Below, piece after piece: positions 21,231 to 51,696 of a stretch of DNA of 64,000 nt. This DNA is from the human T2T-CHM13v2.0 reference genome, Homo sapiens. The notes under the pieces were generated by a model. The model was not told the origin of the DNA. It searched no databases and was given only the letters and a program-made list of their open reading frames with translations. A program made the translations under genes and the position numbers. Where the stretch lies: assembly GCF_009914755.1 (NCBI RefSeq), contig NC_060927.1; one strand, written 5' to 3'. The number at the start of each line of letters is the position of its first letter. The first letter of the stretch is position 1.

Positions 21231-22147
21231 AATTCAACTTGTATAGTAATAACATCAAAAATTACAACCTATGTTGGCCGGGCACAGTGGCTCATGCCTG
21301 TAATCCCAGCAATTTGGGAAGCCAAGGTGAGCAGATCACTTGAGGCCAGGAATTCGAGACCAGCCTGGTCAACACAGTAAAGCCCATCTCTACTCTTCTT
21401 GAGGAAACAAATAGGATTAAGTGAAAATGAAGGGAGATTTAAAAAAAACATAATACATGCAATAGACTGATAAATTTCCTCTGGACCAAGTTAAAACACA
21501 GAACCTTTGTCACAGGAACTTTAAAAATTAAAATTTAAGTTTACATACATATTTAGTAGCAGAAACATATTAGCACAATCAAGAAAAAACTTTTAAGCAT
21601 AAAAATATATTACATTAGGATAAAAGTCTGAGACATGTTATGGAAATAAAAGTTCAAGGACTCAAAAGAAGAATTTAAATTTCCAATGATAAAGAACAGC
21701 TTGTTCGTATATTTTTAAACTAGATGATGGAAACCAAAATGCTATATATTTAGAAGCATTTGGATACATTTAGCAGAATGAGGTAACTTATTTTTATGTG
21801 GCAAAAGTAAAACATTCTCAAAATTACATGTTTTACAACTAAACTTTTGCTACAAAATTTTAGATGTAAACTTAATGTACAAAGAGACAGAATTTATCAG
21901 AATTCTGAGTATGTGACCAAAAGTTAAGACCACTACTTTAGACCAAGTTAAAAAGAAAGCTTGATATATACTGACAGAAAGTTTTCTAAGATAATAAACT
22001 AAAAAAAGCAAGTTAAAATTCATACGATTTGATTCCATTTGTAAAATGGAATCAAATGAAAGTAAAGCCACTAAATTTTTTATTGTATGTTTGTAACTGC
22101 AAAGAATAAAGTCTTAAAAGATCTACCCTTCTTGAGGAAATAAATAA

Positions 22148-25910
<3,763 letters not shown>

Positions 25911-26419
25911 GTCCCCTGCTCTTCTTTCAGACTAGGGTACTATTATTATGAACTATACATTTTGGTACGATATTTTTTTTCCCCAAAAAGAACTATTAGT
26001 TATGAGATAAAAGTCTGTTTTCAAATCAAAGTCAGAAAATAACTATTTTTGCAAAAATGTCACACTAATTTTTTATGCATATATATAAACTTCCCTAAAT
26101 ATGATCATGAGACTATTAAGAGGGTTTAGGATTAGACCAAGTACACCTACCCTAAATAAATATCTACCATTTTGGAGACACAATTGTTTGTTAGTCTGTA
26201 CATTAACACAACCCAAACCTGAATAAACTGACAAACAAAAACCATTTCAATTCAGTGTAATAAGCAATGATTACACATCTATCATGTGCCAAGAGCAGTG
26301 GTCTCTAATGCAGATCTGGCCAGGTTTCTCAGTACCCCTGCGCCCTCAGTTTCTCACAAACCATGAGATTCTTCATAATTTCACTTGATCTGCTTCTCCA
26401 TGATTCTCTCCGGTCACTT

Positions 26420-27870
<1,451 letters not shown>

Positions 27871-28082
27871 CAAACTCATGTGAATTAGTGGCAGAGTCCC
27901 TCAGTTTGTGCTCTGTATTGAAATGAAGCAAGATTCTTTTACATTTCCTGAACATACATCTAATAATTCTATTTGAATTTAAAAAATGGATTTTTAGTTT
28001 TTAAAAACTATCAGTGAGATACTAGATCAAGTAGAAAGTATGTGTTCATGAAAAAGGTATAGTTTCACAGAAAGAACAGGGG

Positions 28083-28530
28083 TTTATTTTATTTATTTAT
28101 TTTTTGAGACGGAGTCTCGCTGTCGCCCAGGCTTGAATGCAGTGGCACGATCTTGGCTCACTGCAACCTCCACCTTCTGGGTTCAAGACTCTCTTGCCCC
28201 AGCCCCCTGAGTAGCTGGGATTACTGGTGAGCACCACCACGCCTGGCTAATTTTTTGTATTTTTAGTAGAGATGAGATTTCACCATGTTGATCAGGCTGG
28301 TCTCGAACTCCTGACTTCGTGATCTGCCTGCTTCAGCCTCTCAAAGTGCTGGGGATTACAGGCATGAGCCACCATGCCCAGCCAGAACAGGGGTTTAAAA
28401 TGAGAAGATCCAGTAGCTCATGTCTGTAATCCCAGCACTTTGGGAGGCCTAGGCGGAAGGGCTGCTTGAGGCCAGGAGTTTGAGACCAACCTGGGCAATA
28501 TAGCAAGACCACATCTCTATTTAAAAAATA
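28083..28530. mobile_element. Reverse AluS (28083-28383) and forward Alu monomer (28410-28530)
   Basis: Alu consensus; TSD AGAACAGGGGTTTA around the reverse copy. Confidence 0.85.
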
Positions 28531-30662
28531 TTGTTTTAATTGTTTAATAAAAATAAAAGTGAGATTAGAAGATCTGGGTTCAGGTTGTGCTGTCATTATT
28601 AACTAAATGATCAAATGCAACCTTCTCATTTCTAATACTTAAGCTTCACCTGGGAAGTGGGACTAAATGCAGTAATACAGGATGTCAACTGTACAGTGCT
28701 AAATAGTAATTGTTATTCTCACTGTTATTAGCTATTGTTATTCTCACTGTTATTAACTATATGTTGACCAACTGTAAATTTATCTATCAACCACCTATAG
28801 AATAACTGTAGGCTGATCAAGAAACTTTACTAGAATAAAATAAAATGAAAGCAAGAAGAGGTTAGAAAGGAAGAAGAGAAGCTGGATTCTACTATACATA
28901 CAACACCTCACAATCTAAAAATATAAGCCCAGGAGAGAATAAAAACAACGTAACAACACTAAAAACAATAAGGTTGACAAGTAGAAAAAAGGCTTGTATA
29001 TTTCCCTGCCAGATAAGACATACTGGACCCTAATCATACTGCACATTACTGGAAAAGTCCTAATTCAAAAGATGCTATAATGTGTTTTCTCACTGACTGA
29101 CTTCCCCAGAGAACCCCCATTTCATGAAATGAAAACTTTCTCAGTGAAATACACACAGCATCGAAAATAGCACACTTTTTTTTTTTAGAAACTAATCACA
29201 TTCTCTGAGATATAAAGATATTCAAATTTACTTTATTTTGTTGATTCCCTCTCCCCAGGAGATGTCAGATTCCCACAGCAGGCAAATCAGCTTGGCAGAG
29301 AAGTAGCAAGAACCTGAGAAGGCATGTGTGCTGTGAGTCAGCCTTGGGCAAAACAGCCAGGTCTCAATGCAAGGGAACCCTCTGGTGCTGTCAGACCCAT
29401 GCCAACACTGCCCTCTACTGGCCAATTAAGCTGGTTGCAATTTTCTGCAAAAGAAATACCAGTGTATTAAGGAGAAATTCTGCAGTATCTATTAATAGTT
29501 GTCACTTAGGCCCTTTTCCATGGATTAGTGTTTCTCAATCATGCATGTGTATCCGAGTCACCTATTATGGCTTGTTAAAACAGACTGCTGGTGTGTGGCA
29601 GGGTACGGTGTCTCCCACCTGTAATCCCAGCACTATGGGAAGTCAAGGCAGGAGGATCACTTGAGCCCAGCAGTTCAAAACCAGTCCAGTCCAGGCAACA
29701 CAGTGAGACCTTGTCTTTACTAAAAATGCAAAAAACTTAGCCAGGCCATTGCCCTGTGTTAACTTCTTATTCTATGGGAATAAGCTTTTAGCTTCAAAGG
29801 CCTTATGGAATGTTGAGGAGAAAGCATTTTCTCGACTTCAGAAGAAGAACTATTTAATCACACAGAGAACAGAAAAATTAAGTGACTTGTTCCATAAATG
29901 TGCTATTTGTGTCTGAGGGTCAATACTGTGCTAGATGATCATCTGAAAGAACAAGAGTCACAGATGTTTGCTTCGTCATTCACATCTAAGAGAAAGGGTT
30001 CTATCTTTTGTCTCCCTCACCTAGAAAATAGGGCCATATAATGCTGATAATGAACAATTAAGGAAAACACCATTTTTTAAGGAAAAAAGTCAGGAAGTAC
30101 ATAATTTTCTTTTTATTTTTTTTCTTATTACAGCCGTGGTGCAAAACAAGTAGTACACATATCCTGAAAAAGTATTTGAGAATTGTTTCCCAAGGTGATA
30201 GGCATTTTAGAAGAAGAGTTTGACACCAATTTTATTTCTAGGTATTGGTATTTAGATGGTTTACACAGGCAATGCTAAGATAAAATACTTGTAGAAGCAA
30301 GAATAAGTTGAAGTGCAAAAGGAAATGAGTATAGTAGATCCAAAGAAAAGGAATAAAGGTCGGGGGGTTCTTGTGTTGCCAGGCATGAAGGCAGAAATCA
30401 TACTTAGAGAAAAAAGCAATTTTCCTACTTTGTCATAAATGCCATAAAAGCAACCCTGCTTTCTTACTTCTCATTTTATAAGTTGAAGACAATTAGGGTG
30501 GACATGTAAGAATTAAAGGAAATAAAACACCATTGTTCAAAGAGTTCTATTATGTGTAACCTACTCAACCGTCCCTTCTATATCTAGAGGCAAGAAAATG
30601 GTTGATAAACTTCCACTGGTTGGCCTAACTAAGCCTGTTGTAAGAACATATCGAGAGCACTA

Positions 30663-31270
<608 letters not shown>

Positions 31271-31884
31271 GTGTCAGCAATCAGCAGTAGTTTACTGAAC
31301 CTCATCTAAGAACAAAATCAAACTTAAAGTTAGATGTATAATAAAACATTAATGAAGTCTAGGGCCCTTCCATCACTTCTAAAGATGTATTCAGAAGAAC
31401 ATCTTGTTTAGAATGTTCTCCAGGAAAAACACAAATATGAAACCTGTCATTATGGCAAAAACCATCAGTCCGATAATGTATAAAAATCAGACCCACAGCA
31501 GAGAAGTCTCCATTCATAAAGAACTCACTAATTGCACCAGATTTCTACAAGACTAAATAAGGCGGCTTCCTTCGTTTTTCTTATTTGATGTCTCCAAACA
31601 GCCATCACCCCTTCCTTTAAGTTAAGACTTCTACAACTTTTAGGAAGCTGGTATGGAAAAAATGTAGTAATTTACAACCTATCATAATTATAAACTTTAT
31701 TATTATTATTATTTTTAGAGACGGGGTCTCTCTCTGTCACCCAGGCTGCAGCACAGTGGTGCTTTTATGGCTCACTGCAGCCTCGACCTCTGGGGCTCAA
31801 GTGATTGCCTCCTACCTCAGCTTCCTGTGTAGCTCGGACTACAGGCGCACACTACCACGCCCAGCTATAATTATAAACTTTAAA

Positions 31885-33442
<1,558 letters not shown>

Positions 33443-33949
33443 GCCAGGCACAGTGGCTCACACCTATAATCCCAGCACAAAAGAAAAACAAATATTTACT
33501 CCAAAAAATTTGGATTCCTTAATGGAAAACGGGAAAATCTATTCTCTCTTAATCCATAATGCACGGTGGAGACATTTGTTCTTTGACTGACTAACATAAA
33601 CAAAGAAAACCTAGTATGAAGAAAGGAATGATAAGATGTAAATATGGTAGCAACTAGTCATGGTTGAGATGCTCTTCCCATCCTAATATTAACTTACCCT
33701 CATCAGTCATAGGTGAAAGAAGCTAGCTGCTTTTCGTTTTCTAATTTCCTTTAACTGTGCATTGTTTCCATCATCTGGGAATGAGCCTAGGTGGATAAGG
33801 ACAGTGAGGTGGTAGCAGTAGATTTTCTTGTGCTTCATCTTGAGTTATTTGATCCATGTAACATTAACTTGGCCCAAGAGGAGGAAAGTTTTTAAGACAT
33901 TATTTTATTTATAAAAAATTAAATCCTCCCTGCTACTTTTGATATGTAA

Positions 33950-34824
<875 letters not shown>

Positions 34825-36010
34825 TGGAGTAAATATTTATATGGATATAATTAGAACTCTCGGTACTTTTTTAAATGAGTTGTGGTCTGCCCCCCCTCCC
34901 CAACACACAAATTAAACATATATTAAGGAAGCAGGTTTTCTTCTTCCACTTGGCTGTAGAAAGCCAAAAGCAACGTCACTCCCACCCTAACAACAAGAAA
35001 CAGCCATATCAACTACAAAAAACTTGAATTAATTGGAAAGCCACCTAGTAGTATGAAATCCAAAGAAAAACAAGCCCCTCCAGGAAATATGGGAGGTGAA
35101 CACCAGCTCTCCTGTATCAGAGCATGTGCAGAAGAGACATTGGGTACCCTACAAGCAGGTAAGAAAAATTCAAGTAAAAATTGTAGTGATTTGTCAAAGG
35201 TAAATGAAGGCTAGCATGAGACTATGGGGCCCCTCAAATCCACAGACACAAAGGGAATTCACACTCATTTGCAGGATTGTCTTCACAGATGTCTGCCGCA
35301 TGCTCACAGGAAAGATTGGAAGCAGGGTGAGGGACCAGACAGAGCCTCCCTCCATGGTACAGACCTGGAGAAGGCCACCACCATTAAGGGAAAAGCATGA
35401 ACCCCTCCCACTGGGATCTTTCTCTCCTGGGGAAGGAGTACAAACCCTGTCAACCCCAGAGCACACAAGAAGACCGGCTGTAGCTAGGGAAAGAGTAATA
35501 GAAACATACTTTATAAACCTGAGAGAGGAGCAAGAAAAACTCCTCATCCAGGATCCTACACCAATACCATGAGAAGACGCTACTACTGTGAAAAGGATAA
35601 TAACGTTGAGAAAGACCCAAACCGTGAGATTAAGCACAGGATTAAGCACAAAATGGGACAATAAAAAAACAAACTCTGCCTGCCACCTGGCTAGAACTCT
35701 TCCGATAAGAGAGAAAAGAGCATGGACAAGGACCCCTCTGAGGCACGGGTACACAGGGAAGGCTGAAAGAGTGGAGCAAGCACATTAAAGAAATACCTTC
35801 CAGGGCCTCAGTCCCCACTCTAAGCATAGAATTAAAGGGATTGAAGACAGTAGTACACTGAAGGCAATTACGGTAATGACAAAACCCAAAACTAGCTCAG
35901 CTCCTGTTAAAATGACTAAACCCAAGAGACATGCCTATTTCCAACCATAACACCTTTTGGCCTCAGCCTACTATTTTACATGTGAGATCCAGCATTCAAT
36001 CAAAAACTAA

Positions 36011-36011
<1 letters not shown>

Positions 36012-36046
<35 letters not shown>
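36012..36046. repeat. (AC)17 microsatellite
   Basis: Perfect dinucleotide run. Confidence 0.95.
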
Positions 36047-36049
<3 letters not shown>

Positions 36050-36598
36050 CAATCAGACTGAGAGATGACCCAGATTTTCAAATTATCACACAGAGATTTA
36101 AAACAACTATGATTAATATGTTAAAGTCTACAGTAGAAAAGGTGGAAAACATAGGTGAACAGATGGGAAATTTTGACAGAAATAAGGAAGCTTATAAGAG
36201 AGGCAAACAGAAATGCTAGAAATTAAAAACATAAAAAATGCTAAAGTAGATAATGCCACTGAAAGCTCATCATTAGATTCAACACAACTATGAAAAGATC
36301 AGGGAATTGGAAGATAGGTCAAAAGAAAGTACCCAAAGTAAAACACAAACAGAAATAAAGAGAGAAAAAAACCAACAATGCATCCAAGAGATACAGGACA
36401 CTATCCAACAATTTAACAAAAATATAATTGGAATCCCAGGAGAAAAGAAAAAGAATGGGGCAGAAGAAATATTTTAAAAGATAATGGCCAAAAATTTCCC
36501 AGCTGACTTAACCACTTCAAAAGCACAGATCAAGAAGCTCAGAAAAGCCCAAGAAGAAAACTTCCAAAATATCATCTAAACACAACATATTTAAACTG

Positions 36599-36600
<2 letters not shown>

Positions 36601-36647
<47 letters not shown>
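36601..36647. repeat. 47-nt poly(A) run inside L1
   Basis: Uninterrupted A47. Confidence 0.95.
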
Positions 36648-36649
<2 letters not shown>

Positions 36650-37939
36650 TAAAATCTTAAAGGCAGACACAAAGAGGAATTCACAAAGGAAATATTTTTA
36701 AATATTTTTAAATGAATGAAAATAAAAATACAACATATCAAAATCCATGGGACACAGCTAAAATGGTGATTAGAGGGTAATTTATAACATTAAGTAATTA
36801 CATTAGAAAAGAAATGTCTCAGATCAAAACCTGATTTAAGCTGTCACCTTAAGAAACCAGAAAAAGAATAAATCAACTTAAGTAAACAGAAGAAAGGAAA
36901 AAACAAAGATATGAGAAGAAATTAAAAACAGAAAGACAATAGAAAAAAATTAATGAAACCAAAAGCTGGATCTTTCAATACAATTGATAAACCTCTACCT
37001 AGACTTATCAAAGAAAGAAAGAAAGAAAGAAAGAAAGAAACATCACAAATTACTAGTATAAGAAATGAAAAAGGGGACATAATAGATCCTACAGACATTA
37101 AAAGCATATCTCCATTAATCTGCAACATTTATGCCAGGAAAGGGACCAAGGAATTCCTTGAAAGATACAAACTACCAAAGCTAACTTAAGAAACAGATAA
37201 CTGGAATAGTTCTATGATCTCTGAAAGAAACTAAATTCCTAGTTTAAAAATCCGACAGAAAATTCCAGGCCCAGATAGCTTTATTGATGAATTCTATCAA
37301 ACACTGAAAAGAAGAAAAAATATCAATTCTATGCAAACTATTCTAGAAAAGAGAAAGAAGGGAACACTTCCCAATTCATTTTATGAAGTCGGCGTGACCT
37401 CAATTCTAAAACTGGACAGAAGACATTATGAGAAAACTACAGACCAATTCCCTCATGAACACAGATACAAAAATACTCAGCCAATTATTAGCACATCTGA
37501 TCCAGGAAAATGGCAAATTTCTCTTAAAGGCTTTAATTATGCTTTAATCCTGAGGTGGGATGACTCCAAAGACAACAAATGGCATCTGATTCCAGTCTAA
37601 ATGAAGTTCTGATATAACCGCAGAATTTTATTTAACTTTTCAAAGCTACTTTCAGAGAAAAGGCACAGTAGACAGTTTAATTTAGGAAATTAAGAAGAAG
37701 ATTATATGGTTGTTGAAACATTAGAGAAGAAACATTAGGGTTAAAAGTCATCCACAGACTCATGAACGCTCACTCAAAGGGTGGTAAGTCTACCTCCTCG
37801 GTATCTAACAAAGAAACATAAAGTTACTAGCCTACACTAAAAAAACTCAGCTCAATTCTCAGTTTCCAAGATTATACCAAAGGCATAATCCCTAACCTGC
37901 TTTCTGAACATATATAAGCAGTCTGGTTTAAATACTTAC

Positions 37940-38162
37940 CTTCAATCTGGCTAGTTTCTGAGCACGGTTTCTTCTTTGACTCTGAGTTCCCGGTTTTCTC
38001 ATCAACATCCAGGAGAGGAATATAGTCTGTTTTTCCAACAGTTTCTCCCACAACATCATCAAAGGCCTCTGCCTCTAGTGTGGCAATGAAGTCCCGCTTT
38101 ATCTCTCCCTCAATGTCTGGAGATGGTTCTGTTAATGCATCTGCAAGACTGAGGTCAGCCAT
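37940..38162 (-). CDS. MAP4: MAP4 first coding exon, CDS part (exon 37940-38181 including 19 nt of 5' UTR)
   Basis: [74 protein letters not shown] is the MAP4 N-terminus; acceptor ttcctcttcaccag| at 38182-38183, donor GAAG|gtaagt at 37938-37939; AGAATGG Kozak context. Confidence 0.97.
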
Positions 38163-38812
38163 TCTGCACCACTGCAACTGCCTGGTGAAGAGGAAAAAGA
38201 TCTTTCATGTAACGAGCACTGCAAAAGGAAAAACATTTCTAGAAACTCTTGTCAATTGTTTGAAACAAACAAAAGAATCAAAATCTAAGATTTTACAGCT
38301 AGAAGAGGCTCCCTCATTTGAAAGATGAGAAAAATAAAGCTAAGAAATGGACAGTCTGACCCAAGGTAACTCACCGCTAGTTACTCTTTTCTCACATTTC
38401 TGGGGGTGGAGGGAGGTGGTGGTGGCAGGACAAAGCAATTGCAATTGTGTCCTTTCTATTTATAAGAAAAGTGAGGTGTAAAAAAACCCCACAATCAACA
38501 TATCCAAAGCTATAGCCAGTAAGATTCAAATCAGGTCTTTACATAGTTACATTACTATCGGACAAATGAAATCAACTTTCTTGACCAAAGACTGTGAGTA
38601 TGGATCTTATCTTGGAGTGAGTACCTGCTTCTTCATGAATCACTTGTGGATAGTCCTGTCAACCAAACTACTTAGCCCTGCCAGCATAAAAAAAAAAAGA
38701 CACGTTTCCCTCAATTAGCTAAGGGAGATGGTCCCTCTCTGTAGTCACGTATATTACCATTTTTACAGACTACCAGCTTCTTAATTACATAATCTGCAGT
38801 TAAGTAAATCTA

Positions 38813-39160
38813 CTGGCAGCCATAAAAAAGAACGAGATCATGTCCTTTGTGGGAACATAGATGGGAAGCAGGAGGATATTATCCGCAGCAAACTGACGCA
38901 GGAACAGAAAACCAAATACCACATGTTCTTACTTGTAAGTGGAAGCTAAATGATAACTTACGAATACAAAGAAACTGCAGACACTGGGGTCTCCTGGAGG
39001 GTGGAGGGTGGGAGGAGGGAAAGGAGCAGAAAAGATAACTATTGGGTACTAGACTTAATTGAAATAATCTGTACAACAAACCCTTGTGACATGTGTTTAC
39101 CTATGCAACAAACCTTCACATATACCCTTGAACCTAAAATAAAGTTTAAAAAAAAAAAAA
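38813..39160 (+). mobile_element. 5'-truncated primate L1PA 3' end
   Basis: L1PA 3' UTR with poly-A tail; TSD AAGTAAATCTA. Confidence 0.9.
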
Positions 39161-39196
39161 AGTAAATCTATAAGCAAACCATAGGTGAATAGCCTA

Positions 39197-42888
<3,692 letters not shown>

Positions 42889-42989
42889 TTAAGACCAGGA
42901 AGAGTCTATGGCCCTTTTGTCTAGAGCTGTTTCCACTCCCATCTTAGCCCACAGCTCAGTTTGGTCAGCAAGAATTACACTTTTATTAG

Positions 42990-43439
42990 TGTGATGGTTA
43001 ACACTGAGCATCAACTTGATTGGAATAAAGGATGCAACATTGATCCTGGGTGTGTCTGTGAGGGTGTTGCCAAAGGAGATTAACATTTGAGTCAGTGGGC
43101 TGGGGAAGGCAGACACACCCTTAATTGGGTGGGCACCATCTAATCAGCCACCAGCGAACATAAAGCAGGCAGAAAAATATGAAGAGGCAAGAGGGGCCTA
43201 GCCTCCCAGTCTACATCTTTCTCCTGTGCTGGATACTTTCTGCCCTCGAACATCGGACTCCACGTTCTTCAGTTTTGGGACTTGGACTGGCTTTCCTCGC
43301 TCCTCAGCTTGCAGACAGCCTTTTGTGGGACCCTGTGATTGTGTAAGTCAATACTTACTAAATTCCCCTTTTTATAAACATACATATATATCCTATTAGT
43401 TCTGTTCCTCTAAGAAAACTCTGACCCCAGACTAACACA
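42990..43439 (+). mobile_element. 5' LTR (MLT2A-type, length fits MLT2A1)
   Basis: TGTGATGGTTAA...GACTAACACA, ~450 bp. Confidence 0.88.
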
Positions 43440-43444
43440 GACTC

Positions 43445-43462
43445 TGGTACCAGGAGTGGTTC
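43445..43462 (+). promoter_or_regulatory. Primer-binding site (tRNA-Leu type)
   Basis: TGGTACCAGGAGTGG just after the 5' LTR, as in HERV-L. Confidence 0.7.
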
Positions 43463-43546
43463 CAGAGGAACAGAATGTTAAGGATGGAGTTCTTTTGTTG
43501 GTTTGGGGGTTTCTGGAGTTGGCTGCTTAATATGATTGATCCAAAA

Positions 43547-45450
<1,904 letters not shown>

Positions 45451-45619
45451 ATGGCCCCTCACTCAATCCATTTCCAGACTTCAGCCAGTTTACAGACCCA
45501 GAACCCCTTGAATGAAGGGGAGGCCAGGTACCCTTGAGAAAGGACCCCACTACTTTACTGACAATTTATGCAGTGAATCTTTCTCCCATCCTTCCCCAAG
45601 GAGACCTCCATCCAACCTT

Positions 45620-49100
<3,481 letters not shown>

Positions 49101-49117
49101 TGCAACATTATGTTCTG

Positions 49118-49450
49118 CTGGCCTAGAGGTCTTAATTCCAGAGGGAAGAATGCTGCCACCAGGAGACACAACAATGATTCCATTAAACTGGAAGTTAAGA
49201 TTGTCACCTGGACACTTTGGGCTCCTCCTCCCTTTAAGTCAACAGGCTCAGAGGGGGAGTTACAGTGTTGGCTAAGGTGACTGACCCAGACTATCAAGAT
49301 GAAATCAGTCTACAACTTCACAACGGAAGTAAGGAAGAGTATGCATGGAATACATGAGACCCATTAGGGCATCTCTTCGTATTACCATGCCCTGTGATTA
49401 CTGTCAATGCAAAACCACAACAGCCAAATCCAGGCAGGACTACAAATGAT
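49118..49450 (+). pseudogene. HERV-L dUTPase remnant
   Basis: GLEVLIPEGRMLPPGDTTMIPLNWKLRLSPGHFGLLLP and later DPDYQDEI, downstream of integrase as in ERV-L. Confidence 0.8.
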
Positions 49451-49918
49451 CCGGACCATTCAGGAATGAAGGTTTGGATCACTCCACCAGGAAAAAAACC
49501 CATGACCTGCTGAGGTATTTGGGGAAGGCAAAGTTAATACAGAATGGGTAGAAGAAGGTAGTCATCAATACCAGCTATGACCACGTGACCAGCTGCAGAA
49601 ATGAGGACTGTAACTGCCATGAGTATTTCCTCCTTCATTTGTTAAAAACATGTTTGTGTATGTATACACATGTACTAATATCTTCACTTTATATTTCCTT
49701 TTCCTTTATCATGTGACATAAGATTTATTGATTTCATAACAGCATTTAAGTATTATTAACTTTATGTAATAGTATTTGGGTTGGGGATTGGTGTGTTTCT
49801 GGTTGTATGAAGGATAGTTTTATTACATTAGGTGTAATTATGACCTTATTATTGTCTTTATTTTAAGATTACATACGATCTCAGATGTATATGGGTTCAA
49901 GTTGACAAGGAGTGGACT

Positions 49919-50341
49919 TGTAATGTTAATACTGTCAACTTGATTGGACTGAAGGATGCAATATTGATCCTGGGTGTATCTGTGAGGGTGTTGCCAAAGG
50001 AGATTAACATTTGAGTCAGTGGGCTGGGGAAGGCAGACCCACCCTTAACTGGGTGGGCACCATCTAATCAGCCACCAGCGAATATAGAGCAGGAAGAAAA
50101 ACATGAAGAGATGGGCCTAGCCTCCCAGCCTATATCTTTCTCCCGTGCTGGATGCTTCCTGCCCTCGAACATCGGACTCCAAGTTCTTCATTTTGGGGAC
50201 TCGGATTGGCTCTCCTTGCTTCTCAGCTTGCAGACAGCCTACTGTGGGACCTTGTGATCACGTAAATCAATACTTAATAAACTCTCCTTTGGAGATATAT
50301 CCTATTAGTTCTGTCCCTCTAAGAGAATCCTGACTAAAACA
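49919..50341 (+). mobile_element. 3' LTR (MLT2A-type)
   Basis: Preceded by PPT gacaaggagtggac; colinear with the 5' LTR; AATAAA at ~50276. Confidence 0.88.
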
Positions 50342-50556
50342 AGTAGTGTGGGGCTCGTGACAAAAACTGATAGCTTTGCTGCCAAAGGGGCTCCTGTGGC
50401 ATGACAGAGCTGTTGTCCACAGCAAATGCCATCTCACACTACTGGAATTATAAATTCCACTATTTGAATAACCACTGCCGAATTCAGGATTTAGCAGCTT
50501 TTCTGAAGGAACCATAAATAGGAATTCAATGGTTCCTATAGTAGGAACTGGACTTG

Positions 50557-50873
<317 letters not shown>

Positions 50874-51205
50874 CTATAGTAGTAGTGGCACACCTGTGAC
50901 CCATTTACAACAGACGAATGTGGGTGGGAAGCCCTATTCTATGCTCGTCCAGCCTACTTTACATATAAAGTATTATTGTAACTCCAGATCATGACAGGGA
51001 AAATGCTGAGAAATGAGTTCATTAAAGAGCTTTTAAAAGCCTAACAGATTATAATGTCAAAGGGTTCCATGAAAAGCAACTATTCAGTTGCTTTTACTAT
51101 TCGGTTATGCCATTTCCCTATTCTATCTCTGACAACTATTATTAGTAGTTATCCTTTGGGAGCTGTTATGAACCAAAAACTAAAAAGGACGTCTGTAACT
51201 AGTTT

Positions 51206-51696
51206 TGATAGAGGCAAGAGGCAAACAAATGTCTAGGCAGACAGGGGCGGGTCCTCAGTGAAACCCGAACTTTAATCCGGAAACTGTCCTGGGTAAATCC
51301 TGAGATCGGATTAAGAACCTGCCTTCCCGTTTGGCATGATTGATCCCCATCCTTCACCTATTTAACCTGTACCTACCCTTTCCTAATTGGTTTTCTACAC
51401 TGTCCTGCCCACCTTGGAGTGGTGTCTTCGCTTTGACCTTTTTTGCATACTCACAAACCAATGACCACACACTCCCATTCTGAACCAATAAAGAGCCCCA
51501 GGCTCAGCCATATTACGGAACTTTCCTGTCTTCAGGTAGTAGAACCACCTACCATGTTCTCTCTTTTTGCTAAGAGCTTTCCTTTCGATTAATAGATTCT
51601 ACTCCACTCACTCTTTGATGTCCACGTGCCTAATTCTTCCGCTCCTGAGATAAGAACCTGGACCTAGTTGAGCTAAGGAGCAAAAATCCTGCATCA
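51206..51696 (+). mobile_element. Solo ERV1 LTR (MER61/LTR27/LTR1-like group)
   Basis: TGATAGAGGCAAGAGGC...CCTGCATCA with a perfect 4-bp TSD GTTT; GC box and CCAAT boxes. Subfamily uncertain. Confidence 0.8.

Larger units (their letters stand above)
34930..37500 (+). mobile_element. Old L1M element (5' region, ORF1 and ORF2 pieces, internally deleted)
   Basis: ORF1-like ELEDRS and IGIP segments; ORF2 motifs IDKPLPRLIK, FLERYKLPKL, GTLPNSFYE. Confidence 0.75.

Noticed and set aside
29230-29440. GC-richer unique block with an AP-1 site (29334-29340) as an enhancer or exon
   Set aside because: A single short motif is not enough evidence, and there is no clear exon structure.
35194-35788. Overlapping 186-aa and 122-aa ORFs
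   Set aside because: They lie in the 5' region of a decayed L1M, with no recognisable domain or splice support.
38163-38177. N-terminal extension MQWCR in the ORF track
   Set aside because: It starts at a TTG in the 5' UTR; the ATG at 38162 gives the known MAP4 start. The ORF tail after 37940 is intron read-through.
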